Shown piece by piece: positions 1 to 10,100 of a stretch of DNA of 64,000 nucleotides. The translations under genes and the position numbers were made by a program. The stretch spans positions 1-64,000 of the IMG/VR virus record IMGVR_UViG_3300023184_000039. One strand, given 5' to 3'. The first letter of the stretch is position 1. Each line of letters starts with the position of its first letter. Under the pieces are notes generated by a model. It saw only the letters and a program-made list of their open reading frames with translations. It was not told the DNA's origin and made no database searches. The stretch comes from a virus.

Positions 1-22
1 TTCTTGCAATGTTCTCTTTACA

Positions 23-469
23 TTGATGAAAGTAGGAAATAGAATGACGGTGGTGGAAGTCCCTCTAGAACTTGAGTTATTCCCGGCTCTGAAGACCGAA
101 GGTTTAAAAAAGATGGAAAAAGATAACAATTTGAAAACTCCCGCGGGGGACAAACCTCCACGTCGGACAAGAAAACCAAGTTTAAACCTAGTAGACCGGG
201 TTGATGCCGCTGAGATTATTAGAATTTTTGAATACTGGAAGATGCTTCACGACAAAAAGAGGGCAAAGCTTGATGACAACCGCTGCGCATATATCGCAAG
301 AGGCATCCTCGAATACGGAACTGAGGCTTGTATGGAGGCTATCAAAGGATGCTCCTTATCTGATTGGCACATGGGAACTAACCCAGGCAGCAAGTTCTAC
401 AACTCCATCGAACTCATCCTCCGAGACTCAGAGCATGTCGAACGGTTTAGGGATATAATCCATGATTAG
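23..469 (+). CDS. Putative replication initiator / replisome-organizer-like protein
   Basis: C-terminal helical segment IFEYW...CMEAIKGCSLSDWHMG.N...YNSIELILRD resembles conserved phage replication-protein C-termini; a G39P-like gene lies downstream. Start uncertain (23, 26 or 44). Confidence 0.45.
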   Translation: MMKVGNRMTVVEVPLELELFPALKTEGLKKMEKDNNLKTPAGDKPPRRTRKPSLNLVDRVDAAEIIRIFEYWKMLHDKKRAKLDDNRCAYIARGILEYGTEACMEAIKGCSLSDWHMGTNPGSKFYNSIELILRDSEHVERFRDIIHD

Positions 470-638
470 CAATGTATTTATTAATGACGGTGGTGGAAAG
501 GCCGGCACTTCAAAGAATCTCCAGATTATTGATGTGATTCAAGCAATGATGGAGTCTGAGCACTGCTTGTTTAACAATAAAGATGAGAATTTAATGCATC
601 CCGAACCGGTGGAGGACTGCAGTGACGACCAGCTCTGA
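462..638 (+). CDS. Small hypothetical protein (58 aa, below ORF-track cutoff)
   Basis: Read manually (MISNVFINDGGGKAG...DCSDDQL*); fills the gap between the 23..469 and 622..831 ORFs and overlaps both slightly. Confidence 0.4.
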   Translation: MISNVFINDGGGKAGTSKNLQIIDVIQAMMESEHCLFNNKDENLMHPEPVEDCSDDQL

Positions 639-831
639 AGACGGCGGCGACGAAATCATAGAAATTGAGAACAATGTTGGCTATACAATGGACGACCTAG
701 CTCGCGACATGGAGTATCTACGAGTTCAGGGTCTTATCGAAGTAGTCGGCATCACCCCAGATGGCGAAGCACTGTGGGGGATAACCCCTAAAGGTTCGGA
801 AGTATTTGATGACGGTGGGGGAAAGCCATGA
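622..831 (+). CDS. Hypothetical acidic protein, possible winged-helix fragment
   Basis: GGAGG RBS upstream of GTG; LARDMEYLRVQGLIEV...WGITPKG looks like a wHTH wing; stop overlaps next start (ATGA). Confidence 0.55.
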   Translation: MTTSSEDGGDEIIEIENNVGYTMDDLARDMEYLRVQGLIEVVGITPDGEALWGITPKGSEVFDDGGGKP

Positions 832-1286
832 CCTCAGACGAAACGCGCGCGCTAGTCAAGAAAGTATACGCAGCCTATAACCAGACTCTCTACAAGAACA
901 CCCAAGAGGATGTCTTTACTGTATGGGAAGACCTACTAGGCCATTATGACATGACGGTGGTGTATGACACCTTCAAAGAGTTAGCCACTCAGAGTGTTTA
1001 CATGCCCTCGCCCGGTCAGTTACGTAGACAAGTCCTCGACAAGTTAAGCGGCGACCGTATCCCAAGTGCTATGGAAGCATGGACCACCATACAGACCATG
1101 ACCCAACATGCCAATGCTGGCACCCCCTCGAAGATTCAGTTACACGAATGCATCCAAAGGACTATCACCAAGCTAGGTGACCAGGCTTACTCCCTGTCTA
1201 CTACCTACGACCGAACGTTCTTCGCCAATGAGTATGCCGTGACGGTGGGGGAATACGAGCGCGAGATGATGCAGAGGTTGGGATGA
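828..1286 (+). CDS. Helicase loader/inhibitor G39P-like protein
   Basis: MTSDETRALVKKVYAAY...W.DLL..YD...V......LA....YMPSPGQLR matches the SPP1 G39P-type pattern; ATGA coupling. Confidence 0.6.
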   Translation: MTSDETRALVKKVYAAYNQTLYKNTQEDVFTVWEDLLGHYDMTVVYDTFKELATQSVYMPSPGQLRRQVLDKLSGDRIPSAMEAWTTIQTMTQHANAGTPSKIQLHECIQRTITKLGDQAYSLSTTYDRTFFANEYAVTVGEYEREMMQRLG

Positions 1287-1507
1287 GCCACCCCTTCATG
1301 CCAGTTACAACTACAAAAATTCGGCAGAGTGAAAAAAGGCACACGCAGAAAAGCTTTTTCCCTATTCCTTACTCTTCATTATCGGTGGTTGCCTTCTCTC
1401 TCCTCCTTCTCACCCGTATTCCTCGGAAGTGGCTCTTGACATCCCTCATCTCTCTTGTCCTTGTGTTCCTGTCTCCCCTTCTCCTATTCATTGACGGTGG
1501 GGGATAG
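1283..1507 (+). CDS. Small membrane protein
   Basis: Two hydrophobic stretches; ATGA-coupled to the upstream gene; DNA is strongly pyrimidine-rich. Confidence 0.45.
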   Translation: MSHPFMPVTTTKIRQSEKRHTQKSFFPIPYSSLSVVAFSLLLLTRIPRKWLLTSLISLVLVFLSPLLLFIDGGG

Positions 1508-1509
1508 TA

Positions 1510-1728
1510 ATGACTGACGACCCCTTTCCACAACTCAAGACAATCCAGCACTTCGGGGAGTGTGGGAATTGCCGTTGGTTTGATTCCATTACACCTAATC
1601 CCATAGACAACAAAGGAATCTGTAAGCGATATCCCCCCTCGTCCTTCGTGATGTTCAATCGTCTGGAGTTCATGCAACCGGAAGTCTCTACTTACGACTA
1701 CTGTGGAGAGTATTGGGCAAAGGAGTAG
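1510..1728 (+). CDS. Small Cys-rich (CxxC...C...C) phage protein
   Basis: ECGNCRWF...GICKRYPP...P.V...DYCGEY is a common phage zinc-binding miniprotein pattern. Confidence 0.65.
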   Translation: MTDDPFPQLKTIQHFGECGNCRWFDSITPNPIDNKGICKRYPPSSFVMFNRLEFMQPEVSTYDYCGEYWAKE

Positions 1729-1730
1729 CC

Positions 1731-1898
1731 ATGAAAAAGCGAGCAGGTCGAAAAGCAGTTATCCCCACCAAGCCAGTAACTACCCTGACTTTACGCATCT
1801 CCCGTGAGGAGAAGGTAACGCTCATTGAGAAGTCATCCATATACGATATGTCATTGACCGAATACCTGATGATGTTGGTGGCTAGGGATGGGTCGTAG
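1731..1898 (+). CDS. Ribbon-helix-helix DNA-binding protein
   Basis: AGGAG RBS at 1721 before ATG 1731; TLTLRIS..EK..L.EKS....MSLTEYL is an Arc/CopG-type RHH signature. Confidence 0.7.
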   Translation: MKKRAGRKAVIPTKPVTTLTLRISREEKVTLIEKSSIYDMSLTEYLMMLVARDGS

Positions 1899-2232
1899 TC
1901 CTACTGTTCCTTCTCACCCCTCTAGGTATTACTCTCTCCTACTACGCTTAAAGGGAAGTCAGAAACAGACGATTCTTGAATATGCGCGCGCCCACGGCCT
2001 GAGCATGAACCAATTAATCCTGTATTCCGTACTTCGCTTCATTGATGAGAAGCAGGGGATTCCTCAGCCAGGTCCGTCCCAGTATTCTCTGGTAGAGGAA
2101 AAGTATAAAATTCAATCCCTTTTAGACGGCGAGCAGTTACTCACCCCTTGTGGTAAAACGAGATGCAAGATGGTTCTGGAAGATATTGACGGTTTGCAGT
2201 TCTGCACAACCTGTAACATACGAGTTCTATGA
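1888..2232 (+). CDS. Ribbon-helix-helix protein with C-terminal zinc ribbon
   Basis: LLLRL....KQTILEYARAHGLSMNQLI (RHH) plus CGKTRC...CTTC. Confidence 0.65.
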   Translation: MGRSPTVPSHPSRYYSLLLRLKGSQKQTILEYARAHGLSMNQLILYSVLRFIDEKQGIPQPGPSQYSLVEEKYKIQSLLDGEQLLTPCGKTRCKMVLEDIDGLQFCTTCNIRVL

Positions 2233-2428
2233 ACGCCCCTGTATCGGCTCACTCTTATAAGGTGTTGGAACCGTAGGGGTACACGTTGGTTCAATTCCAA
2301 CCAGGGGCACTATTAGTTGAAATGTCTTCGCAGTAAGTCAAGGTTCATTTGGTCTGACACATGAGTATCCGGCAGTAACCGTATTGTCAGTCCCAATAGT
2401 GTCCTCAATAGGAATCTTCTTACCCTCA

Positions 2429-2761
2429 TCAGTCTCCCCACATCTGTGCAAGGGTGGGTCTCACTGGTTTGATGAGGCGGCGCCGCTGTTCTGCAGCAAG
2501 CTGTCTACTTGTCAATCCCGCCCATACACCGTGCATATCGGCAGGTGGAAACTCGAGTGCGTACCTCAAACAAGGTGTTTTCACAGGGCACTCTTTACAT
2601 ATAGAACGGGCTACTGCGATGTATGTAATATCCTTATGTTCTTTGGGGAACATGAGGTTTGTTGAGCCCTTACAATTCGCTCTGTCCATCCATGCTTTAT
2701 TACCTGTTTTAGATTGTATAGCAACGAACTGAACCTGCTGAATTGGTTTTTTCTTAACCAT
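2429..2761 (-). CDS. whiB: WhiB family Fe-S transcription regulator
   Basis: WMDRANC...MFP...ARSICKECPVKTPCLRYAL...GVWAGLT: four Cys and the G(V/I)W(G/A)G turn. Confidence 0.95.
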   Translation of the reverse strand: MVKKKPIQQVQFVAIQSKTGNKAWMDRANCKGSTNLMFPKEHKDITYIAVARSICKECPVKTPCLRYALEFPPADMHGVWAGLTSRQLAAEQRRRLIKPVRPTLAQMWGD

Positions 2762-2845
2762 TAATAATCGGTAATTTCATATGTGTCATCCTTTGTTTGC
2801 GGACAACTTATATGATAAAAAAACCTCGCGCAAGTAGATTGCGAT

Positions 2846-3469
2846 TTATTTAGTCTTTTTTAAACCAGACTCTTGAATAAATGTGTGATAAGGGAATCCG
2901 GTGTATGGGTCAAACTTGGCAGCAATTGAGAGTGCCTTAAGAGCCATTGTCTTTGCTATTGCTGGGGTGATTTCCTTCTTGGGATACATTGCAGTCAAAC
3001 AGCCCAATGCATATTGCGCGCCCGTCCCTATGGAGTAGACCCCGCTTGCATCTGACATCCACGAGTAATCTCCGTCAATAATGTAGATAACGCCATTGAC
3101 CGCACAAACAATGACCGAACCCTGTTCGGCTGTATGGTCCTTATCCTCTTTGTCTGGTGTTGAATACCCGTGCATGTCAAAGCATTCTCTTAGTGCTGGT
3201 ATGAAACTGACAGTCATAAAGTGGTCAAGTTGCCTACCCTTGACACTCCCGGCAATTGGTGGGGGCTGGAATGCATGGTGCAATATATTGATTGCTCGTA
3301 CATCGCCAGCAGCACCCAGTAAATACTTACCGTTTGTTGCAATCTTGGACGACGACTCTTTGAGGGTATATATCTGTGTTGCTAGACCAGAATCACCCAT
3401 ATCGGAAACACGGGAGTCAACACACAATAAAGCAAAGTTGCCCCCCTGTATTCCGATAATGGTTGTCAT
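2846..3469 (-). CDS. Ntn-hydrolase (proteasome beta / HslV-like) protease
   Basis: N-terminal M-T-T-I-I-G nucleophile, DSR, a Lys before LLGAAG, SIGTGAQYALG, and D.YTG. Confidence 0.8.
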   Translation of the reverse strand: MTTIIGIQGGNFALLCVDSRVSDMGDSGLATQIYTLKESSSKIATNGKYLLGAAGDVRAINILHHAFQPPPIAGSVKGRQLDHFMTVSFIPALRECFDMHGYSTPDKEDKDHTAEQGSVIVCAVNGVIYIIDGDYSWMSDASGVYSIGTGAQYALGCLTAMYPKKEITPAIAKTMALKALSIAAKFDPYTGFPYHTFIQESGLKKTK

Positions 3470-4671
3470 TCTGCTGAGTATTCAATTCCACGGAAGAAGC
3501 CACGGCCGTCGTAAATCCACATTGGCTCGTAGTTAAACCACTCGTTGCCAACACCTGGTGGCTGGTACTGAACGACGCCAATTCCTTGTTGCCAGTTCTC
3601 TGCACCCATCATCATTGGACGACCAAATTCATCGGCTCCAGACTTTGTTGAAGGAACAGCGCCATCAATTCGACAGAGACAACCCGGACTAGCAGCCATA
3701 ACGATACGTGGACCGTTCTTCGATTGCCTTGTTCGGTATGCGTACTCAGAACGATGGATATGTCCGTATATAACCGACACATGAGCATCGTTCAGATACT
3801 TAGTTGTAGTAGTTCCGTTTGAAGTTACCTTGTTTCCATGGATAACCATGAGGTTCTCGTTCAAACTTACGAAAGACTCTGGGTAACCAGGTATATACGA
3901 GATACCAAAATCATCCATTCTGCAGAGATACGGCACGGACATTACTGGCCAGCCTGCTCGAAGTTCGTCGTTTAGTTTTCCCTGAGTGATTCCAAAAGCG
4001 GCTTCGGCATTTGTCTGTATATACCGAGCCATGCGTGCTTCGTGGTTGCCGGCAATCCATGAAATCTTTGCATTAGGTGCAGCCTCTCTCACCTGTTTGC
4101 ACAACAGTGTCGCTCTGTCAATTGCAGCCTGAATCATCATCTTGAACGGAGCAGCCGTTAAGAACTTACCAAACTCGGCGAAGTCAAGGTTGTCGCCAAC
4201 CATTACCACTTGGTCTGGGTTGAGGTCTTTGATTACATCTAATGCAACAGCAATTGCTCGCTCATCATGGATTGGTTCCAACTCTGGTGAGTCAATTGAT
4301 TTACGGTAAAAACCTATCTGTATATCAGGAACAATAACTGCTGTTTCCCATGCCTTGGGTTTTCCTGATTTTGTCTTTGGAATTTGTGGTTTAAATGCAG
4401 GTCCGCGTTCAACAACAGGCCATTCTGGTCCTTGGTCCCAACTAGGGGAAAACTGAATTGCTGTGAGGTCGTGGATTTCGGCATTTCCGTCGTCATCCTT
4501 CATCATGGCTTGATATAGGGAAACACGCTTGATGTCGCCTATTGAGTCAAGATTGATGTTCTTTTTTTCAAGCATGTCTGCAATATTTCCCAGCAATGCT
4601 TTGCGACTAGCCGACCTGTCGGTCTGTATGGCTAACTCTTTTATCTTTGAACCTTTTGGCATCTCTTTCAT
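3466..4671 (-). CDS. Calcineurin-like metallophosphoesterase
   Basis: PDIQ, GDNLD, GNHE, IHG and GHIHR motifs. Confidence 0.85.
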   Translation of the reverse strand: MKEMPKGSKIKELAIQTDRSASRKALLGNIADMLEKKNINLDSIGDIKRVSLYQAMMKDDDGNAEIHDLTAIQFSPSWDQGPEWPVVERGPAFKPQIPKTKSGKPKAWETAVIVPDIQIGFYRKSIDSPELEPIHDERAIAVALDVIKDLNPDQVVMVGDNLDFAEFGKFLTAAPFKMMIQAAIDRATLLCKQVREAAPNAKISWIAGNHEARMARYIQTNAEAAFGITQGKLNDELRAGWPVMSVPYLCRMDDFGISYIPGYPESFVSLNENLMVIHGNKVTSNGTTTTKYLNDAHVSVIYGHIHRSEYAYRTRQSKNGPRIVMAASPGCLCRIDGAVPSTKSGADEFGRPMMMGAENWQQGIGVVQYQPPGVGNEWFNYEPMWIYDGRGFFRGIEYSAE

Positions 4672-5018
4672 TTAACCATCCCCCTGCATGTGCAGTTTTT
4701 GTTTTCTAGGTAACACACGCGCTTTTCTGTGAATACTCCTCTGTCTATGGCGAAACCCTCAGCTCTCAGGGCTTTGGTAATTGACAGCGCAGATGCATTA
4801 CTTCCAATCACAGCATCAAGGGCACTCCGGCTCTCTTGATTCAATTCTTCAAAAACATTAGCTAGTGAGCACTTGTGCTTTCGTGCAGAACTGGCAAGGT
4901 TTAGCAATGTTGACGATAAGGACGAATCCGTTTCACTTGTTTTCATATACCCCCAAGGTTGATGGCTATTGGTGACTTGTGTAAACACTAGTATCACATT
5001 GGTGTGATTTGGGGTCAT
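4668..5018 (-). CDS. Hypothetical protein (start may be internal, MKTSE)
   Basis: ATGA-coupled to the phosphoesterase; short Cys-containing helical protein. Confidence 0.55.
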   Translation of the reverse strand: MTPNHTNVILVFTQVTNSHQPWGYMKTSETDSSLSSTLLNLASSARKHKCSLANVFEELNQESRSALDAVIGSNASALSITKALRAEGFAIDRGVFTEKRVCYLENKNCTCRGMVK

Positions 5019-5178
5019 CTGTGGATTTGTTTCTAAAATATACTTTTTTCGTAATCGCCTTTACCACAAAGGCTATTACAACAACAAAAGTCTCTGTACA
5101 AAATACGATTATTATGACTAATAAAATTAATCAAAAATCACATGATATACAAAACTTAAAACCCTTACGGGATAAGGT

Positions 5179-5403
5179 TTACCACTTTCCGATTGGACAC
5201 TCTGCAGTTTTTAGTTTTGTTTTGACGGGCATGTAGCAGCCACACTCCATGCAGGCTCGGAATTCTTTGTCAAACAACTCACAACCTAGGCATGCTTGAA
5301 ACCTCAAGGTGGCGACATCTGGGTCAGCCAACTCGTCTGAGCCAATTGCATCTAGGAAATCTTGGTAGTTTGGGTTGTCACTCATTGCGATATTCCCAAC
5401 CAT
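5179..5403 (-). CDS. Small zinc-finger protein (DUF6171-like)
   Basis: R..ACLGC...CMECGCYM..K.KL..AECPIGKW; paralogue at 13126. Confidence 0.7.
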   Translation of the reverse strand: MVGNIAMSDNPNYQDFLDAIGSDELADPDVATLRFQACLGCELFDKEFRACMECGCYMPVKTKLKTAECPIGKW

Positions 5404-5717
5404 GCACTGAATACATCATCATTGATTGGCATAAACCACAACTGCATTGCATCAATGTCCGATGTAGCCGGTCCTACGTTTGTCCAACAGATGGACATGT
5501 CACTAGTGGCTGGACAAACCCCCACATTGCAATCCAGTCCATATCGAAAGGCAAATTCCTCAACAAGGCATCCATGCTCTGGATGGGAACAAGGACTACT
5601 GGTATTACCCCTAAATGGGCAAGTAACCTCAATTATTTTCAGTTCAGACTTATTTATCTGAAGGTGCAGTATGTGACCATCATTGTGCCACATCATTTCT
5701 GCAGTTGTTTCTGCCAT
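5382..5717 (-). CDS. Hypothetical Cys-containing protein
   Basis: AGGAG RBS upstream of the start; in tandem with neighbours. Confidence 0.65.
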   Translation of the reverse strand: MAETTAEMMWHNDGHILHLQINKSELKIIEVTCPFRGNTSSPCSHPEHGCLVEEFAFRYGLDCNVGVCPATSDMSICWTNVGPATSDIDAMQLWFMPINDDVFSAWLGISQ

Positions 5718-5757
5718 TGTTTACTCCTAGTTAGATTTAGGAGATACTAGTCGTTTT

Positions 5758-5991
5758 TCAGATGGTTACGGGTTCCGACCAATGTTTAAACGACTTAACA
5801 CACCTGCGAGAGCAGTACATGTTCTCTTTGTACTGCCGAATCATTCCCTTACCAGTAATCTTCCCACACTCTGGGCAAGTGTGGTGAACCGATTTTGATG
5901 CCCCAATATAGAGAACTTGATATCCCTCGTCCACCTTGACGACCGGTGCCATGGTGTTGGTGATGTTCCTTTTTGCAGGTTTCTTTGCCAT
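5758..5991 (-). CDS. Small zinc-finger protein
   Basis: CPECG...YCSRRC. Confidence 0.65.
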   Translation of the reverse strand: MAKKPAKRNITNTMAPVVKVDEGYQVLYIGASKSVHHTCPECGKITGKGMIRQYKENMYCSRRCVKSFKHWSEPVTI

Positions 5992-6308
5992 TACACGTCT
6001 CCCTTTGCGTGGTCATTGATATGACCGTCCAGTTTTGTCTCAACCCTGTCTAGGGAATCGTTATTTCTGTCAATTGATTTACCGAGTCCTTTTGCCATTT
6101 GGTTAATCATGTTGACAACCGTTGCATGGTCTGCCTTGTTCTGTGCCCATTCGGCTTTGGCTTCTTCGCCGCGCCTTTTTCCAGCCTTATAAACAAACTG
6201 GAGATATGCAACAGCAACGAGACTGCTTGCCGTAATTACCGAAACGATAATGTTTTGCCAGTTGGTCATATCGACCGCTGGGGTTATGAGCGTTTCGGCG
6301 CCGAACAT
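5991..6308 (-). CDS. Membrane protein next to endolysin (holin-like / lysis accessory)
   Basis: One N-terminal TM segment plus coiled-coil ending LDGHINDH; directly downstream of the endolysin (TAATG coupling). Confidence 0.6.
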   Translation of the reverse strand: MFGAETLITPAVDMTNWQNIIVSVITASSLVAVAYLQFVYKAGKRRGEEAKAEWAQNKADHATVVNMINQMAKGLGKSIDRNNDSLDRVETKLDGHINDHAKGDV

Positions 6309-7066
6309 TAACTGATTCCGAGAATTTCTTTAACTTTTGGACCGACAACGGAATCTGCAGGAAGTTTGTTAGCAATTTTGAATGCCTTTATAGCCTCTGT
6401 AGTGCCCTGGTTCATCTGTCCATCAATATTGCCCTTGTAGAACCCTTTGGCCTTCAGAGCCTCTTGTAGGGCTTTGTGGTCGTGGATAGGCGGTGTTGTG
6501 TTTAGGTTGACAACTGGAGCAGCACCACCAGTAAATGCGATTACGGCTGGGGTTGGGTTGTCACCAGTTACTAGACGTAAATGCCATGGCTCGCTTGGAA
6601 CAACTTCCCAACTAAACCCAAAATCTTTGACGTTTGCTATAAGCCAGTTCAATCTTTTTGGTTCTGACGCGCTGGCAATATCTACGGCTAAACCGAGATT
6701 ATGGTTGGACTTACCTGGTGTCGCCAGCATGGCCATACCCTGTTTCAGGTACCAGGTTTTTCCTTCAAACGTCTTCGTGCTTGTTCCTGCAACTGGTTCC
6801 AAAACGTAGCGCTGCTTGAAGCCCGCCAGTTGGCTCTCGTATGTGCGATATAAATCGCCGGAACTCGTGGGTTTAAGTTCGACTCCGTCTGCTTTGGCTT
6901 TTGCGACCATTGCGTTCCAAGCGTCTGCGGCTCGGTGGTGGAGTTTTCCTCCAGATGGGATTGCTCGAAGCAATGATTCTGGCAGTTTTCCAGGTGTAAC
7001 CCCTTTCAGGTCTTTCGGCATAACAATCGGAACAATGTAATCCCATGCAAGTTTGCTCATAATCAA
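6308..7066 (-). CDS. Endolysin: M15 (VanY-like) peptidase plus peptidoglycan-binding domain
   Basis: YRTYESQ...ATPGKSNHNLGLAVD...EPWH zinc-peptidase motifs; C-terminal LQEALK..GFY.G.IDG...T..AIK.F...N.L.AD.VVGP (PG_binding_1). Confidence 0.9.
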   Translation of the reverse strand: MIMSKLAWDYIVPIVMPKDLKGVTPGKLPESLLRAIPSGGKLHHRAADAWNAMVAKAKADGVELKPTSSGDLYRTYESQLAGFKQRYVLEPVAGTSTKTFEGKTWYLKQGMAMLATPGKSNHNLGLAVDIASASEPKRLNWLIANVKDFGFSWEVVPSEPWHLRLVTGDNPTPAVIAFTGGAAPVVNLNTTPPIHDHKALQEALKAKGFYKGNIDGQMNQGTTEAIKAFKIANKLPADSVVGPKVKEILGIS

Positions 7067-7133
7067 AATCTCCCAAGATGTCCCTATTTGGAACTAGTTT
7101 ATTTTACAACACAAACGGGTTTATTTGTATCTA

Positions 7134-10100
7134 CTAACCCTCGTCTGGCTCTTTCATATGAAGATACATAGATGCAGTAAAGGCCAAGACCGTTCCCCAA
7201 AGAGCGACCTTTTGAGTTAATCCCGAAAGGGTGAAGTACATGACCGTGGCTCCAGCAAGAGTGAATCCAGATGCCATAATTCCGTAAACAAACTTTGTTG
7301 CAAATTTCTTCCAGTCCATAATCCTTACTCCATTTTCATATTTGTAAATAGATATCCGCTTAATCCACTCAGGACCTTCGCCCTCAATGGCTCCGCCTTC
7401 CTCAGCTTCCTCTTCTTCCTCTTTGCGGGCCGCAACGTCTTGTCTTGGACCAGATGGACTAGAACCTGGGGTTGGAATTGCACCAGCCGCCGAAGCAATA
7501 GCAACAGTGCTGGTTACCAAGTTTACAGCAATCACGCTTCTTCTTGTACCAACATTGAGGGTTGACCCCAACGGCATGTATGTGTCGAAGACTCCAGCGA
7601 ACACATTTATCTCTTCTTCAAAGGATTCCTTGACGCCTACCGGAGCATCGGCAAGAGCTTCTGAAATAGCAGCACCAGATTCTGCGGACACTTCTGATAC
7701 TACGATTGCGTTAAAGACTGCAGTTGCTTGTTCTGCATCAATGCTCTCAAGAACCTTGGCACTTGTTGCCAATTCAGTTGCTTGACTTGATTCAACTCCA
7801 TCGTCTTTGCCAATAATCAAGTCAACAACTTGAGCAACCTGGTCGCTTGTGATGCTTGCGTTTTCGAGCACGTTTACAACTTCCGCAAACTTTTCTGCAG
7901 TCAATGGGGTGTCAAGAACCGCACTAAATGTTCCAACCAAAATCTCGTCAGAGACTTTCTCATCAAATATTGCGTTAATTACTGTGCTGAACTCTTCTGT
8001 GCTCAATGGTTCTGCTAGAACTTCTCCAGCAAGAGCTACCGTGTCCGCTGCAGAAAGGTCTCCGTCAAAAACGCTATTGAATACAGCGGAAAGATTTTCG
8101 CCAGACAAATCACCAGAGAGTAGGTCCCCAAGAACAGCGCCAGCATCAGCGACGGATATGTCTTTGTCAAACACTGCATCCATTACTTTTGCTATATCTG
8201 ATGCACTAGCTGGTCCATTGAGGATTGTACCGAGTGCCGAAACCATTGCATCTGGTGACGCTGTATCCGAGAATGCTGCATCAAGAACTTTTGTTAGTTC
8301 AGCATCGCTCAAATCTGCGCCAAGCATCGTGGTCAGTGCGGCAGTGAATACTTCAGGTGAAACATCTTCTGTAAATACTGCATCTAGAATTTTTCCCAGT
8401 TGTTTATCTGTAATGTCCGCACCCAAAACGGAGTCAAGTACAGCCGTCACGTCCTCGGCGGAAGCGTCAGGAGTGAATGCATCATCAAGCACTTTGTCTA
8501 GTTCTTTGTTTGAAATAGGTTCTCCGACGATAAAGTCAGGGATAGATGTATCTACTGGAATTACCTCTTCAACTGCTGGCGGCTCTGTTGTCTCTGATGT
8601 TTCTGGCAGGGTCTCTGGTGTGGTTATTTCTACAGGCAGCGTCTCTGTTGTGGCAGGGATGGTTACTTCTGGCATTGTGGAGTCTGTCTCAGGCAATACG
8701 GGGACGACTATTACCGCTGGGATTGTGGTTATTGTCGTTATTGTTTCTGGCACCGTTGTTGAACTACTTGTAGTAGTTGTACTGCTTGTAGTAGTAGAAC
8801 CAGGGATGGTCGTAGAGGTAGTTGTAGTTGTAGTTGTAGTTGTTGTCGGCGCAACACTGACATTTGCTGATTGCGTAAACAAAGTTGTCTCTTGGTTGAA
8901 TCCAACATTTCCACCAACATTGGATGTTCCATTCCACAGGTAATAAGTAATCCATGTTCCATTTTCGTCAAAAGAGTTATTGGTTACTGTTGCCCATTTT
9001 GGGTCTTTGTGACCATTGTTATAGCCATCATCAAGATAGATAGCCATACTGTTGTTGGTAAATGTGTTTCCATTAATCAAACGGTTATCTGAACCCATAT
9101 TGAATGTTGTCGGAATCGAAGCATTGTGATAGATGGCTATTGAGTTGTGGTCAAATGTTGAGTTCAGGATTTGTGTGCGGTTTAAACCAGTAATGTTTGC
9201 TGCATAACTATTATAAGTAAATGTTGAATCAACAACTTTTGTAAAACGATAGTTGTAGATGCCAGCTCCGTTGTGGTCAAAAATGCAGTTGTTTACATAT
9301 GTTTTATTTCCAAAAACGGAGTCAGGTTCACTTGCCCATGTAGTTGTTCCAGCGGCTAACTGTGGGGTGGAGCCATAGTCACCAGCAATACCATTGTTCA
9401 AATAGTCAAAGGTGCAATTTGTGTATGTTGCAGTAGAGCCACCGTTATTATTCCAAACAGCACTACCGCCGTTCATACCCGTAAAGCGAATATTTGTTGC
9501 CGATACTGTTCCCTGTGAGTTATAAATCAAACCACCATTGGTTGCTTGACCCTGCTTAAGAGTCATGTCTGAAACAGTCAATGTTTTACCAGATTGAACA
9601 TAAAAAATACGATATGCATTGTTCCCATCAATAATTGTATTAGTGCGACCATTTCCGGTTATTGTCACACTTTGAGAAATTTGAGGAAGCGCACTTGTAA
9701 GAACAATTATTCCGTTTACATCAAAAGTAATTGAATCGTACATTCCTCCAGAATTAGCATTTGCTTGAGTTATTGCCCAGCGAAGAGTTCCAGATGAAGT
9801 CGTATCATCAAGACTGGTTACGACAAGTGAAGTAGGAGCAGGTGGAATTGTTGTAGTCGTTGTAGTAGAAGTCGTAGTGCTAGTTGAAGTAGTTGTAGTT
9901 GTCGCGGCAGTAGTTGTAGGGGCAACAGTAGGAGCAGTTTCATTATTTGGCTCAACACCACCGAAGGTCACGCATGAACCACCAGCTTGATTACACGAGA
10001 GTGTCGTTCCTATTTCATCGTCAACCATAAGAACTGGAGACAAGGCTGTGTCGTCGAGGTTGAATGCAACAAAGCCCATCTTGTAGGTTCCTGTTATGGA

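Larger units (their letters stand above)
45..1505 (+). repeat. Six dispersed, co-oriented copies of the asymmetric motif TGACGGTGG(K)GGAW
   Basis: Exact core TGACGGTGG at 45, 485, 810, 952, 1240 and 1492; five of six extend to TGACGGTGGKGGAW. Confidence 0.9.

Noticed and set aside
45-1505. TGACGGTGG repeats as a CRISPR array
   Set aside because: The repeat is too short (9-14 bp), spacing is irregular (142-440 bp), and copies lie within coding sequence.
7387-8943. Long plus-strand ORFs (7387..7785, 7849..8943) and similar antisense ORFs over the fibre, TMP and sheath genes
   Set aside because: These are antisense shadows of Ala/Thr/Val-rich genes with no recognisable motifs or RBS.
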